Of a stretch of DNA of 64,000 bases, positions 53,333 through 63,874 are shown in pieces. Below the pieces are notes generated by a model. The model was not told where the DNA came from. It did no database searches and was given only the letters and a program-made list of their open reading frames with translations. The position numbers and the translations under genes are program-made. Each line of letters begins with the position of its first letter. The first letter of the stretch is position 1. Location of the stretch: the IMG/VR virus record IMGVR_UViG_3300028840_002190. One strand, 5' to 3'. The stretch comes from a virus.

Positions 53333-54889
53333 CTACGCTCCAATGAGAACTCGGATACTCGAAATGTTAGGCACCATGGACGAGATGGCGCTCGCGAATC
53401 CTCCAGGTTGGGGAGCCATGGCGGGGCTGGAGGGGCCCCAGGCGGTGGAATGAGTGTGCGTGTCCAGGAGACCAATAAGTGTAGACATCATGGACGAGAA
53501 CGGCTCAAAGAGCATGGCGTGCATAGTGGCGATAGAGGGGCCAGGGCCTACGGTTCCTCCAAGAGCCACAGAACTGGGCTGTGTCGTATTGAGATTAACG
53601 TGAGCTTTCGTGGCGGGGATTCCGAGAGGATTCTCTCCGAATGTGATTGTCCCGTTGTTCACGAAAACGTTATATCCTGCCATCGCCGCAGGGCTAGCAC
53701 CTGCTGTGGGATTGCCCAGCTCCAGGTAGTAACTTCCGTTCAGGATTTGACGATCCACAGCGACATTCGTGGGGGCTGCCGTGAGAGGGTCACCCCCGGT
53801 GATAGTCTCCTGGAAGTTTCCTCCAACTTGTGTGACCTTGTTGCGGTTTATGGTCCGGACTTGATCGTTTCCGATAACCTTCTTGTCACTCTCAGAGGTG
53901 TTGGTAACTTTCTCACCTTGGATAGTAGTATTCGAAGACCCGGAGACCTTATCTACGGTGTTTCCAAGAACCCTACGGTAATGGTTTCCGCCGATCTCTT
54001 CGCTTCGAGGAGCGCCGTCAGCATTGACGAGCTCGATGCCTTTGACTGCCATGATTTTTATTTGGCCGTCAGGAGTCATTTTGAGCTGCGAAAGAGTCTT
54101 TCCGGTTAGCGTCGTGATCCGCATATCGAAGAACTCACCGGAGTCTCCGATGTCTAAGCGGAAGGTCCACTGCTCTTCGTCTCCCCCCGTCTCGTTCAGT
54201 TGGTCGGCGCCTCCACGAATCTCGATGTTCCCGCGACCTTCCGCGTTACTGATTCTGAATGTTCCAAAACCGTTGTAATGCTCAAGGTCCTCGCAGATGG
54301 TCCGGATGAGATCGTTGTACCCGATGACTTGTATCTGGGCTTTTTCACTGCCGAAGACTCGAGTCTCTTTACCCCGTAAAACAGCAACGTAGTTACCGTC
54401 GGGAGACATACGCACAAAGTCCCCCGGAACTACGTCATCAGGAGTTTGGATGTTTTTGTAGTAACCGGGGAGGCCCTGTCCTGTCATGGCCTCGGTGACT
54501 AGTTCGCCTTCGGACCCTGCCAGGGAAGGAGGCTTAGGAGCACGCTCTCGTTTCTCACTGGACGCATTGATGTTCAAGACGCCATCGATGTAGGGGAATC
54601 CGAGAGAGGTGTCCACTACCACTACGGTTCCAGTCTCTAGAGGCGCGATAGTTCCGGGGTCCTCTACGCGCCGAGGGACTCCTGGAAGACTGCGTCCTCC
54701 TGCTTGCCCCGCTACGCCTCCCAGTCCCCGAGTTACCAAGAGGTAGGTGTCGGATTTGGCGTCGTAGTTCTGAACTTCTGCAAGGACTTTCGAACCTGGA
54801 CCGAAGAGGTTATTTCGCATGGGCTGCTCGCCCAGCGCAGTACGCCTGGTCTCTTCAGAGGAGTCTAGATGGGGGGGTCTCCGTGGCAT
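53333..54889 (-). CDS. baseplate central spike (gp5/VgrG-like)
   Basis: N-terminal OB-like region, beta-helix repeats (V.G......I.G), C-terminal HTH metal-binding tip motif. Confidence 0.7.
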   Translation of the reverse strand: MPRRPPHLDSSEETRRTALGEQPMRNNLFGPGSKVLAEVQNYDAKSDTYLLVTRGLGGVAGQAGGRSLPGVPRRVEDPGTIAPLETGTVVVVDTSLGFPYIDGVLNINASSEKRERAPKPPSLAGSEGELVTEAMTGQGLPGYYKNIQTPDDVVPGDFVRMSPDGNYVAVLRGKETRVFGSEKAQIQVIGYNDLIRTICEDLEHYNGFGTFRISNAEGRGNIEIRGGADQLNETGGDEEQWTFRLDIGDSGEFFDMRITTLTGKTLSQLKMTPDGQIKIMAVKGIELVNADGAPRSEEIGGNHYRRVLGNTVDKVSGSSNTTIQGEKVTNTSESDKKVIGNDQVRTINRNKVTQVGGNFQETITGGDPLTAAPTNVAVDRQILNGSYYLELGNPTAGASPAAMAGYNVFVNNGTITFGENPLGIPATKAHVNLNTTQPSSVALGGTVGPGPSIATMHAMLFEPFSSMMSTLIGLLDTHTHSTAWGPSSPAMAPQPGGFASAISSMVPNISSIRVLIGA

Positions 54890-54910
54890 CGTACGGAGAC
54901 TATATCAGGA

Positions 54911-55684
54911 TCACGGATATTCGTCACTAGCGTCCAGCTGGTCGTCATTCAGTCCGGTGTTCTTGACGAGTGTGTCTGGATCGCTGTGGACGAAGCCGAT
55001 GACTTGATCGATAGTAGACCGCGGCACGTTTTGCATCTGCGCCACCGAGGTCGGACGGAATGGCAGGAGCCTGTCGCACATGCCACCCACATCTTCCATG
55101 ACCATGTTCTGACCCGCAGTGAACCCGACCGTGTAGCTGTTGATCATGGCCAGCTCGGCGTAGAAACCGCCGATGAGGTCGTGCACCTTGTCCTTGAAGA
55201 TCGCGCCGAGGCCGAATGGAACGTAGTAGAGTTCGGAGTCCAGGTTCGTGAACATGTTATCAAACTGGTTCTCGGCTGCAGGGTCATCCAGTTTCTGGAC
55301 TTCCACTCCCCCAGCGACGGCGTTGTGGTAGAGCGCCCGCAGGAGATTACGGCCATTGGCGAAAAGGCGGCCAATGCGCCACGTGGTCTGGCTCTTACCG
55401 CTGACGTAGAACGTGCGGCCAGAACCAATAGCCATCAGCGGCTGGGTCGGCTTCTGAGACGTAATCTGGAACGTCTGCATCATCCCGATAGCCAGCAGGC
55501 TCTGCCACCCGGAGGTGGACTGTTCCTGCACACTCAGCTTCCGTGGAGGACCCGCCAGTACCAGCGTATCATCGGGGTGAGCCGACGTGTACGCTGCGTT
55601 ATCGGTGACGCGCTCAACAGAGTGCTGTTGGGAAAACCAGTTCCCAATACCCTTCGTGATTCCCAGTGGTACGTTACCTGGCAT
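54911..55684 (-). CDS. tail tube protein
   Basis: downstream of the sheath; IGMMQTFQITSQK..QPLMAIGS pattern. Confidence 0.65.
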   Translation of the reverse strand: MPGNVPLGITKGIGNWFSQQHSVERVTDNAAYTSAHPDDTLVLAGPPRKLSVQEQSTSGWQSLLAIGMMQTFQITSQKPTQPLMAIGSGRTFYVSGKSQTTWRIGRLFANGRNLLRALYHNAVAGGVEVQKLDDPAAENQFDNMFTNLDSELYYVPFGLGAIFKDKVHDLIGGFYAELAMINSYTVGFTAGQNMVMEDVGGMCDRLLPFRPTSVAQMQNVPRSTIDQVIGFVHSDPDTLVKNTGLNDDQLDASDEYP

Positions 55685-55686
55685 GA

Positions 55687-56358
55687 TTATCCTCCGTACA
55701 TCCGCTGTTGCGGGTACATCTGCTGCATCTGTTGAGCTGGCTGTGCGCCTCCGCGCATCATTCCAAGAGCTCCGGCACCCATACCGGCGTAGCCAACCCC
55801 CCTACCTATGGCACCGCCTGTACCTTTTCCGCCGAAAAAGAGCGCACCTTTACCTGCGTTGTAAGCACCGGAACCGAGGAGCTTGGCTTTGCCACCGATC
55901 CCTTGAGCGCCTTCCCAAGAACGTCCTGCCTGTCGAAGACCGGCAGTGCCCTTGAGAGTAGCCTTGTGCATACCCTTCATGACCTTGCCCGCACCTTGAC
56001 CCGCAGCGCCCACAGCTCCTCCAGCCATCTGAGAGAAGTTGCCACCACGCATTAACTTGCCCTTGGTTTTACCGGCAAATCGCCCGATAGCCTTGGCTCC
56101 TCTAGCTAGCCATGGGGCGACTTTAGCCCCCACCGAAGCAATCCCTGCAATGATCGCGGGAGCGATGGCTTCCTTGGTGAGGTCAGTCTCTGAAGCAGCT
56201 TTTACAAAGACCCCGGCCACGTCTTCAGGAAAAAGATCGGCTTGGACAAATGCCAGCTTGACCCCTTCCTGAGAATACCCTCGGTCAAACATCGCCTGCG
56301 CTACACCCATCAGGTGTGCCGTTTTGACGATGATGTCTTCACTTACCTTCTCCATCAT
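55687..56358 (-). CDS. glycine-rich protein with GY..KLA and KxA motifs
   Basis: MFDRGYSQEGVKLA, TKEA-IAP; lies between sheath and tube. Confidence 0.7.
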   Translation of the reverse strand: MMEKVSEDIIVKTAHLMGVAQAMFDRGYSQEGVKLAFVQADLFPEDVAGVFVKAASETDLTKEAIAPAIIAGIASVGAKVAPWLARGAKAIGRFAGKTKGKLMRGGNFSQMAGGAVGAAGQGAGKVMKGMHKATLKGTAGLRQAGRSWEGAQGIGGKAKLLGSGAYNAGKGALFFGGKGTGGAIGRGVGYAGMGAGALGMMRGGAQPAQQMQQMYPQQRMYGG

Positions 56359-59234
56359 GCCACCAGGTGCAGGCCAATCGTATTGAGGACCATCGGGAGA
56401 TCGACGCTGACGTACGCCTCGATCCGGTCCGTGCTCAAGTCTGATTCTTCCACACCATCGATGACCGCGTCAATGAGAGGCGGCCCAATACGCGTAACAT
56501 AGCGCGCCTTGAGGTTATCGATGGTCGTCCGGATAGCCTGCCGGATGAACTCGATAGCCTCGGGCGTCACGTTCCAGATCCCCAAGAAGGGGAGGAGCGT
56601 GTCGAGGAACGTCCAGGAGATGAAGTCGAAGTTCTTCACCACCATGTACTCACCCGTTTCGAGCGCGGTAGTGTCGGTCGTGACCTCGTGGACGCTGTAA
56701 GGAAGCGCCGTCGGGTTATCCTGGATGAATACGTAGACTCCGCCGTTGGACAGGTCGGTGATCTGCTGCTCGTTGAAGTACTCGCTCGAGTTGTAGAGCT
56801 TGGTGATCCCAGCAATGCCCAGGTTCGTGAAGCCTTGTTGTGAAGGCTGACCGGCAGTCTGCCCACCGACGGCGCAAGCCAGGTAGTAACCCGGCTGCGG
56901 ATCCGCTTCTGCCGGAGTGCTTGCACCGTAGCGCGGCTTGCTTCCGTCCACGAGACCTGAGACGTCTACTTCATCCGGGTAGGCCAGAAGCAAGCGCTTA
57001 CTAGCGAAGCTCGAAGCCGTAGAGACCATGGTCGTGACCTGTTCAGTCTTGTCCATGTCTCGCATGATCCGGAAGAAGATTTCTCCGTTGGTGACGTCCT
57101 CGAGCTGACCACTAACGAGGGTCCTCTTGAACAGGTGCGGAAGCTCATTGGCTACCGTCGAGGTATTCGAACCTTCGTTTCGGACTTCAATCCGTTCCTG
57201 ACTGAGAACGGCGTTCACCTCCCAAGTCTGAGACGTGGCGAGATCTCCCCAGTCCCCAGGATCGGATTCACAGTCCACCGGCATCTCCAAGATGTCTCCA
57301 GGGATAACGCCATCGGTGATGAACGTCGCGCCCGGGGACTGGAGAATGAGATAGTAGTTGTCCAAGTTTTTGGCTTCGACAACGATGTCCGCCGCTCCCG
57401 CAGCGACCGTGATTGCCCCACCGATCTTGGAAGCACCAGTGCTGTCCTGGATATCGATCTGCTGGACGTTGGGGCCAGGAACACCCGTGTTGTCCATGTC
57501 GTAGCCGCCTGCCAACCAGTTGTCCCAAGTGTTGGGTCCCGCACCCCACACGGGGAGACCCTGTTGCGTCACAGGTTGAGCGGTGCGCAGATCCACCTCG
57601 AAAGACTCAGCAGGTCCAGCTACTGTTCCGTTGTAATGGGCCACATCCCAGGTCATTTCGTGGTTAGCGACACCGTCCCAGAGCTTGACCCAAAGCTTAT
57701 CACCAGGAACCAACTTCGCACCGGCATTACCGAGGGTCGGCAGAGATGCCCCGGAGATTTCTACAGTGCGGTAGTCATCGTTAACCGGCACGACAGGAGC
57801 AGTCCCCGACTTTTGCAAAGTCGAGGCTCCCCCCGTCACGTCCTTGACGATCTTCTGAGTCTCGAGTTCGACCGCCCCCAGAATCACGCGGAACTTCTGT
57901 TTGATTCCGTTGGTGAGCACGTAGTTCGGGTCGGACAGGTTCTCGACCGTCGACTTCAGGGTCGCCAAGACCGTGGTGTTGTAGGTCAAGGGGACGATGG
58001 CGTAGATATCACGTTCCGCGCTGACACGGTCGATGAAGTCGAGATACGCCAGTTCCTCCGTGGCGAAGTTGCCGAGGCCGTAAACCTTGACCGGAGTCGT
58101 GGTGTTGAGGGCAGCCACATACGCACCTACGTACAGAGGGTTACGTGCGTCGAGCTTACCCAGCGTAGTGGTCATCTCAGCAGTCGAAGTCAGCGTGTTG
58201 ATCTCTTGCAGATCCGTACGCTGCGCCATGTACTCCACGTAGATCTCCGCGTAGGTGATAGGGAGCCCCGTGAGGGTCCCTACATCCACGGTGATACCTG
58301 CGTCGATGGTGATGGAGTTACCGCTCACACTGAAATCGGTGCTGTCCAGCTCGACGTCGCTGAGCTCACGCTCGAAGCGCCACTTCTCCGTTGAGGCTCC
58401 TGGAGGGGGACCGATATAGTCCGTTGCGAAGTCGGAATTCATCCGAGCGTTGCACCAGTCGTACATCGACCCGGTCGCGGTGTCCTGGCATCGAATTGTC
58501 CCACTGGGAGATTGGACAACAACCTGGCATACAGGGGCGGCGAGAAGGTTACCTGGTCCGGGGATAACCTCTTCCACTTCGAGAACTTTCTGGCTGATAA
58601 CACGCTTGACAGTGTACGAACCGTCCCGTGACGTACCGCCTGCGTCTGCGCTAATTGTCAGAGTGTCTCCAGGGGCAACCCCATTGGTTTGGAAGTTCAG
58701 GGCGGCACCTGAGTTGTCATAGAACGTGTAGCACAACTCGCGGACCGTCTTCTTGTAATCCGCCGAAACACCGGCGTTGTACTGAGTAAAGAGCAGATCC
58801 CCGGGAGCCACATTCGCCTGACCGAGGTGCTGACCTCCACCACCAGGACCGGTGTTGGCCTCGAACAAATTGTCGTTCTGGTAGTAGCGACCATACGCCG
58901 GAGCCGAACCATCATGCTCCGCTACGACCGCCCTGGCCTCGTCAAAGAAAATCCGGACACTGTCGGCATCCAGGATCGCCCCCGACTCAACATTCGGCGG
59001 ATCCGACAACGTCACAGCCGTGGGTGCCGTGTAGTTATCACTTCCCGGCACAGGAATGGCGCCATCTTCAACGCCGTAGTCGGAACTCGCTTGGCAATCG
59101 GACTTGTCATCCAGGTAGTCCAGAATCTGATACGCGTAGCCCACTACGATGACGTTCAGGTCCGGAATGTCAGGGGCTACCGTGATGCTTTCGTACTCCT
59201 GAAAAACAATCACGTTAGGTCGTTGCATAGCCAT
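56355..59234 (-). CDS. contractile tail sheath protein
   Basis: N-terminal RPNVIVFQEY; C-terminal GFTNLGIAG...VHEVTTD...VVKNFDFIS sheath core; ~960 aa. Confidence 0.85.
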   Translation of the reverse strand: MAMQRPNVIVFQEYESITVAPDIPDLNVIVVGYAYQILDYLDDKSDCQASSDYGVEDGAIPVPGSDNYTAPTAVTLSDPPNVESGAILDADSVRIFFDEARAVVAEHDGSAPAYGRYYQNDNLFEANTGPGGGGQHLGQANVAPGDLLFTQYNAGVSADYKKTVRELCYTFYDNSGAALNFQTNGVAPGDTLTISADAGGTSRDGSYTVKRVISQKVLEVEEVIPGPGNLLAAPVCQVVVQSPSGTIRCQDTATGSMYDWCNARMNSDFATDYIGPPPGASTEKWRFERELSDVELDSTDFSVSGNSITIDAGITVDVGTLTGLPITYAEIYVEYMAQRTDLQEINTLTSTAEMTTTLGKLDARNPLYVGAYVAALNTTTPVKVYGLGNFATEELAYLDFIDRVSAERDIYAIVPLTYNTTVLATLKSTVENLSDPNYVLTNGIKQKFRVILGAVELETQKIVKDVTGGASTLQKSGTAPVVPVNDDYRTVEISGASLPTLGNAGAKLVPGDKLWVKLWDGVANHEMTWDVAHYNGTVAGPAESFEVDLRTAQPVTQQGLPVWGAGPNTWDNWLAGGYDMDNTGVPGPNVQQIDIQDSTGASKIGGAITVAAGAADIVVEAKNLDNYYLILQSPGATFITDGVIPGDILEMPVDCESDPGDWGDLATSQTWEVNAVLSQERIEVRNEGSNTSTVANELPHLFKRTLVSGQLEDVTNGEIFFRIMRDMDKTEQVTTMVSTASSFASKRLLLAYPDEVDVSGLVDGSKPRYGASTPAEADPQPGYYLACAVGGQTAGQPSQQGFTNLGIAGITKLYNSSEYFNEQQITDLSNGGVYVFIQDNPTALPYSVHEVTTDTTALETGEYMVVKNFDFISWTFLDTLLPFLGIWNVTPEAIEFIRQAIRTTIDNLKARYVTRIGPPLIDAVIDGVEESDLSTDRIEAYVSVDLPMVLNTIGLHLVA

Positions 59235-59284
59235 GGGGTCTCCTCCACGTCTGTACGCGTCTATGTGCTCGTCCAATTATACGG

Positions 59285-60013
59285 TCAACCACTGTGATCG
59301 CGTAGTGCAATTTCGTGGTAGACCAATTGAGCATTCTGCGCATCTTGAATCTGCAGCGCGATTTCTCGCAAGAACGGAGCGATGGGACGCGTGGTCCAAC
59401 GCAAATCAAACTGCACGTTGAACTCAATAGTCGTTTGCCAGATGGTCTTGTCTTGCATCGTCTGGGGCTGCGTAGGACCCAGGACGGGGTTTGAGATTTC
59501 GTGGAACCCGAAGTCTTTCCGAAAGAGATCTCGAGTTGCGAGCACAAAGAACCAAGCCGTGTCTGCTAGAACACTGCACTCCCCTGCTGACTCCGACTCC
59601 ACCAGAAACGACATGGGCATGTTCGCCATGGCGTGATGGGCCTTGAGTCCGGAAGGGATGTACTTCCCAACGAAGTTGTCCACGTGGTGTTTCATAGGCG
59701 TCAACGCGCCGCGGTCTACGTAGATTGCGGGACGGTAATTTCGTACCTGCTTCTCAACGTTAAATGCCGCCTCAATGAGCAGCTTTCTAGGGACCCCGTC
59801 TTCACTACGTGGCTGCCCGTCCTCGTCGTCATCGGGTTTTAAATCAGGGTCCCACACCCAAGGAAGTGGCTCTCCAGGGTTGTCATTGAAGCGGTATCGA
59901 AGCGCTGCTATCCAGCACCCGATCACGGCGAGGGGCGTCCCCGGCATGATATCTTGGTGCTCCCCCTCCAAACGAGGCTGGTTAGGAGGCTGCGTTACTA
60001 CCACTCCACCCAT
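59285..60013 (-). CDS. tail completion/terminator protein
   Basis: position between neck and sheath; fold pattern. Confidence 0.55.
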   Translation of the reverse strand: MGGVVVTQPPNQPRLEGEHQDIMPGTPLAVIGCWIAALRYRFNDNPGEPLPWVWDPDLKPDDDEDGQPRSEDGVPRKLLIEAAFNVEKQVRNYRPAIYVDRGALTPMKHHVDNFVGKYIPSGLKAHHAMANMPMSFLVESESAGECSVLADTAWFFVLATRDLFRKDFGFHEISNPVLGPTQPQTMQDKTIWQTTIEFNVQFDLRWTTRPIAPFLREIALQIQDAQNAQLVYHEIALRDHSG

Positions 60014-60020
60014 TACATCC

Positions 60021-60905
60021 TCAGAACCAGAGGGGGTCGTGCCAAGGATCAACTTCAGGTCCGTACTCTCTCGAAGATCTGGAGAGTTCGGAAACCTGAA
60101 GTTCCTGATGCACGTCCACCGACTGTAGTTGTGTTGGGTTTGACATCTCAACAATGTAACGCGTGTCGTCACGCAAAAAGACGAGAATATCGTCTTTCTC
60201 CACACGCGGAATGTTGAGCATAATGACCGAAACCTTGTTCACATCTACGTTCCCTTCAGGCGCTATCTGCGTCTGTACTGGAGAACGTTGACGTTGTGCG
60301 TATCCGTAAACAGGGTCCCAATACCCTCCCAAGAATCCGGTACCCCAACAGTACTTACAGTGAGCACGAACTACCTGCGTGGTTCCTTTCGAAACACAAC
60401 GGTTACACTTTACACCCCATCGACGCTGTTTGAGCACTGCGACTTCGGTCCCTACAACTAACTTCAAAGCCTTCGCAGCATCGCGAATGAGTTTTCGCTG
60501 AATACCCTTGCGCCTTCGGTCCAGACCCGGCTCTAATTGCGCTACCGTTTCCACAGTTTGCGCGCCAAACCGACACACCACTTTGTAATAGATGACGCGG
60601 GTGAGAGAGAACAGATTGAGATCCCGGCGTTCACCACCCACCACAGTGGGCTGATTGAAGTTTTCATCTACGTAAAAGAAGGTGTCTTGGAGGTCAGTAG
60701 TTAACTCTTCCCAGGGGCCTTCTGAAGATCCTGCCCGGTAAACATCAAAAAAGAAACCCTCACCGGCGGGAGGCTTTCTGAGAGTCCACTGGATGAATAC
60801 TCGGCGAGGGAAAGACGCAACGGTCCGGGTCACCTCTACGCTGAACTCTGACGGTAGCGGAGAGGTCTTTTGCTTACCATAGGTCTGCGAGTAGGGCGTT
60901 CCCAT
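60021..60905 (-). CDS. neck/head-closure protein
   Basis: FN3-like N-terminus; KCNRC...CKYCWGTGFLGGY. Confidence 0.65.
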   Translation of the reverse strand: MGTPYSQTYGKQKTSPLPSEFSVEVTRTVASFPRRVFIQWTLRKPPAGEGFFFDVYRAGSSEGPWEELTTDLQDTFFYVDENFNQPTVVGGERRDLNLFSLTRVIYYKVVCRFGAQTVETVAQLEPGLDRRRKGIQRKLIRDAAKALKLVVGTEVAVLKQRRWGVKCNRCVSKGTTQVVRAHCKYCWGTGFLGGYWDPVYGYAQRQRSPVQTQIAPEGNVDVNKVSVIMLNIPRVEKDDILVFLRDDTRYIVEMSNPTQLQSVDVHQELQVSELSRSSREYGPEVDPWHDPLWF

Positions 60906-60908
60906 ATC

Positions 60909-61256
60909 CTAGTACTGCGGATACCCCATCAAACGAGGGTCCGGTTCAGGCTGGTATGGCGCCTGTGGGGTCTGGTAAAGCAGCTCCGGATACGCTTCAA
61001 GAAGCTGATTCAGCTCTTCAGCTTCCTGCTGAGCCTTCTGCTCCCCCTTACCCATAGCCGTGGCGATACCGCCCACACCTGCTGCCCCAAGACCGACGCC
61101 AAGCTTTCCGCGGTGAGCCATGAGGAGATTCTTGAGCTTCGTACCGCCGCCCCGGAACACCTCTCCCATAGGCGGAACAGGCCCGGCAGCAGACTTTTCG
61201 AAGACTTTTTGCTGGTCCAAGAACTCGGCAATTTTTTCACGCAGAGCTGGGCTCAT
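60909..61256 (-). CDS. glycine-zipper protein with KxA leader
   Basis: LREKIA...FEKSA; GVGLGAAGVGG helix; Q/P/Y-rich tail. Confidence 0.7.
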   Translation of the reverse strand: MSPALREKIAEFLDQQKVFEKSAAGPVPPMGEVFRGGGTKLKNLLMAHRGKLGVGLGAAGVGGIATAMGKGEQKAQQEAEELNQLLEAYPELLYQTPQAPYQPEPDPRLMGYPQY

Positions 61257-61266
61257 GTTCTTCCTC

Positions 61267-61770
61267 CTAGATCTTCCGATACCAGCGGCCTACCCACTTG
61301 TATCCAGAAGAGATACCACCGTACGCGCCGCCGCCCCCACTCGTCAAGCCGCCCCACCCACCTTCCATGTTGGCTTGCGTCTTAACAGCGCGGGCAATTT
61401 TCTCGAACTCTGCGCAGAACCAATCCGCCCAACGCATGTAGAGAGATTCTTTCTCATCAAGCCCGACTGGGGCTATCCCACCGTCTTGAGCTTGGACCTG
61501 ATTGCGCAGTTGTCGCGCACCTTCAGAGCGGAACAGGATACAACACACACCGGTCAGGAGCATCCACGCATTCATCTGCTCAGCGTAGATATTCGTGATA
61601 GGTGTCATCACATTGTACTTAGAGACAGCCAAGTCAATGGCGTTGTTGATCTCGGTGTCGTCCCACTCAACGTCCTCGAGAAGAGGGTTCTTCTCAGGCT
61701 GGTCCCTCAAGAACATCCGGATAATATCCATTGTGAGAGGGGCAGCGTTGGAGTTAAGCGCAACAACCAC
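61267..61770 (-). CDS. head-tail adaptor protein
   Basis: FLRDQPEKNPLL...WDDTEINNAIDLAVSKYN. Confidence 0.6.
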   Translation of the reverse strand: MVVALNSNAAPLTMDIIRMFLRDQPEKNPLLEDVEWDDTEINNAIDLAVSKYNVMTPITNIYAEQMNAWMLLTGVCCILFRSEGARQLRNQVQAQDGGIAPVGLDEKESLYMRWADWFCAEFEKIARAVKTQANMEGGWGGLTSGGGGAYGGISSGYKWVGRWYRKI

Positions 61771-62567
61771 TAGAGCACCTGTTCTTTTACGAGGTAAAGC
61801 GTCACATATTTATCGGAACCCACAGGAACTCCCGAAGCCGTTTCCTGGACCATAACTTCTTCCGTCGCCAAGAAAGGAACATCCACGGCATGTTCATCAG
61901 CGGCACCACTCACTGCGGCTAGGATCTTCCGGGGGTTCGCACCACCCTTGTCTTGCAGGTACACATCAACGGTAGACCCGGCCCCGCAAACGAGGCTCAC
62001 AGACTTGAGAGTTACGTTTCGAGGCCCAGGAGTAAACGCAAAGACGCCCCCGTCATCTTGTACGGCTTGAGCAACCGTCGGCTGTACGAACTTAGGGGTT
62101 CCTGCAGCAACGAAAGGAGCCCCAGTACCGGGCAGCGTCACGGAGAAAGCAGCAGCGACGTTTGCGTCAGCGGCAAGCGCGGCTTGAAGGAGCGCGTAAG
62201 TCGTGGTGCCCGGGACGTACTCGATGAAAATCGTCCAGGGGGCACCTACACGCACGGTTAGCGCAGCACCTTCAGACATCACTACCTTAGTTCCGAGGCC
62301 GTCTACGGTAGTATTCAACGCTTTCAGGACCACCTGCGCGTTAACGTCAGCAGGGTCTCCGATAAGACATTCAGGTTGGATGTCGGAGTACATGTAAACG
62401 CCGTCAGCGTAGTAGGCACCGTCCAGGGGATCAATCTGCGGGGGGCCAGTAATCACCGGCGCAACACCATTGAATTGGGCTGCCAACTTCACACGTTGAC
62501 GCACCGCAACCAGTTCGTTTCCGATAATCGTCTTCGACTCCACAGTCCGGGTCGGAATGCCTGCCAT
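61770..62567 (-). CDS. putative virion structural protein
   Basis: beta-rich; TATACTT at 62597-62603. Confidence 0.6.
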   Translation of the reverse strand: MAGIPTRTVESKTIIGNELVAVRQRVKLAAQFNGVAPVITGPPQIDPLDGAYYADGVYMYSDIQPECLIGDPADVNAQVVLKALNTTVDGLGTKVVMSEGAALTVRVGAPWTIFIEYVPGTTTYALLQAALAADANVAAAFSVTLPGTGAPFVAAGTPKFVQPTVAQAVQDDGGVFAFTPGPRNVTLKSVSLVCGAGSTVDVYLQDKGGANPRKILAAVSGAADEHAVDVPFLATEEVMVQETASGVPVGSDKYVTLYLVKEQVL

Positions 62568-62611
62568 GACGTAGCCTCCTAACCAAAAGCTGCACTAAGT
62601 ATAGCGCAGAT

Positions 62612-63253
62612 CTACTTGTTTTTCTTGTCCAATACGTCTTCTAGGACTTCCCGTAGGGCGTCCTCGACGGTAGCGGTATCTACGGAGGTGGTTTCGGTCT
62701 CGATGCGGTTTAGCGTCTGGCGTTGTGACTGCTGTTCTTCTCGCACTTGGCCCACTGCGACCTTGAGCTCTTCTACAGCCTTACTGGACTGTTTCGCAGT
62801 CTCTTCTAAACGTACATGGGAGTACACCCATCCCCCACCCGCAGTAATGAGGAGGAGGATCATACCGACTAGCCCGCGAAGAAACCATGTGCCCCAGAAG
62901 TTTACCGTTTTCTCCACGAGATCGATCCTTTCCTCAGACGTGCACACGTGGTGCCCTGCAGCATCTTTAGCACTTGATGCTACGTCCTGCACGCCCGTGA
63001 TGTCTTTTCCAAGATCACGGCGCACATCTGTGATGTCCTCGATAAACTCGGAACGCAGCTTATCGAGCTGGGTTTGGAGGTCTTTAAATTTCTCTTTAAC
63101 GCTTTCGAGCGCGGGTTTGTAGTGCGCCTTGTCGACTTTGCCGTGCTCGAGTCGGCTGAGTTCCCGCTCGATCCATTTGAGTCCATTGCCGTTACTTGTC
63201 GAAAACGAACTCCGGGGGGTGGCCGGAGGTCGGGAATCCATCGAGTCGCCCAT
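62612..63253 (-). CDS. membrane coiled-coil protein
   Basis: coiled coil, one TM, coiled coil. Confidence 0.6.
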   Translation of the reverse strand: MGDSMDSRPPATPRSSFSTSNGNGLKWIERELSRLEHGKVDKAHYKPALESVKEKFKDLQTQLDKLRSEFIEDITDVRRDLGKDITGVQDVASSAKDAAGHHVCTSEERIDLVEKTVNFWGTWFLRGLVGMILLLITAGGGWVYSHVRLEETAKQSSKAVEELKVAVGQVREEQQSQRQTLNRIETETTSVDTATVEDALREVLEDVLDKKNK

Positions 63254-63269
63254 GACAGTACCTCAAGTC

Positions 63270-63539
63270 TCACGTCGTGATCTCCCGATGCTCGGGGCCA
63301 AATTCATTTAACTTCTGAAAATGTACAGCCCAGCTTCGCCCATCATCGAGATCGAAGGTATCCACCCATTCTCCGTTGGCATCCGTAGTCGTGTGCGCAA
63401 CCCACGTACTGGTGTCCCCCGCCAAGAACTTCTCGAGTTCAAAAATCCGAATCTCCACTCCTTCGACAGCTACTCCTGAAGGAGACACTACCGCCATATC
63501 CCCGACATGCGGGTAATCGTGGTTTACAGAGACCGTCAT
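63270..63539 (-). CDS. small beta-sandwich protein, paralog A
   Basis: V.HDYP...V..V.IR(I/V)...W...T.TD..G.W. Confidence 0.6.
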   Translation of the reverse strand: MTVSVNHDYPHVGDMAVVSPSGVAVEGVEIRIFELEKFLAGDTSTWVAHTTTDANGEWVDTFDLDDGRSWAVHFQKLNEFGPEHREITT

Positions 63540-63811
63540 GTACTGATCTCCACGGTTTTTTCAGCGTACGTGAGGTTCCTGTTGAAGCTGACTACCCAGT
63601 CAGTACCGTCTGGTAGGTAGAGAGGGTCGAGCCACTTACCTTCACTGTCCGTAACGGTCGCGCCAGTCCAAGAGTATTCGTCACCAGCAGGAGGATAGGA
63701 AGCGGCAGCGTAAACTCTGATACGGACGTTCTTTATAGGTAGGCCTGTATCCTCGTCGGTCACGGAGAGGTTACCGGGCGTAGGATAGTCATGATCCACC
63801 TTCGTAGTCAT
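63536..63811 (-). CDS. small beta-sandwich protein, paralog B
   Basis: same pattern as 63270-63539. Confidence 0.6.
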   Translation of the reverse strand: MTTKVDHDYPTPGNLSVTDEDTGLPIKNVRIRVYAAASYPPAGDEYSWTGATVTDSEGKWLDPLYLPDGTDWVVSFNRNLTYAEKTVEIST

Positions 63812-63874
63812 ACCCAAAAGAATACGACGTGGAACGTCGAATCACAACAACGATGTGGAAGGAAGAGGGGAGGT

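Noticed and set aside
43622-58394. Long plus-strand ORFs 43622-44446, 54869-55735 and 57135-58394
   Set aside because: Antisense shadows caused by codon bias of real minus-strand genes
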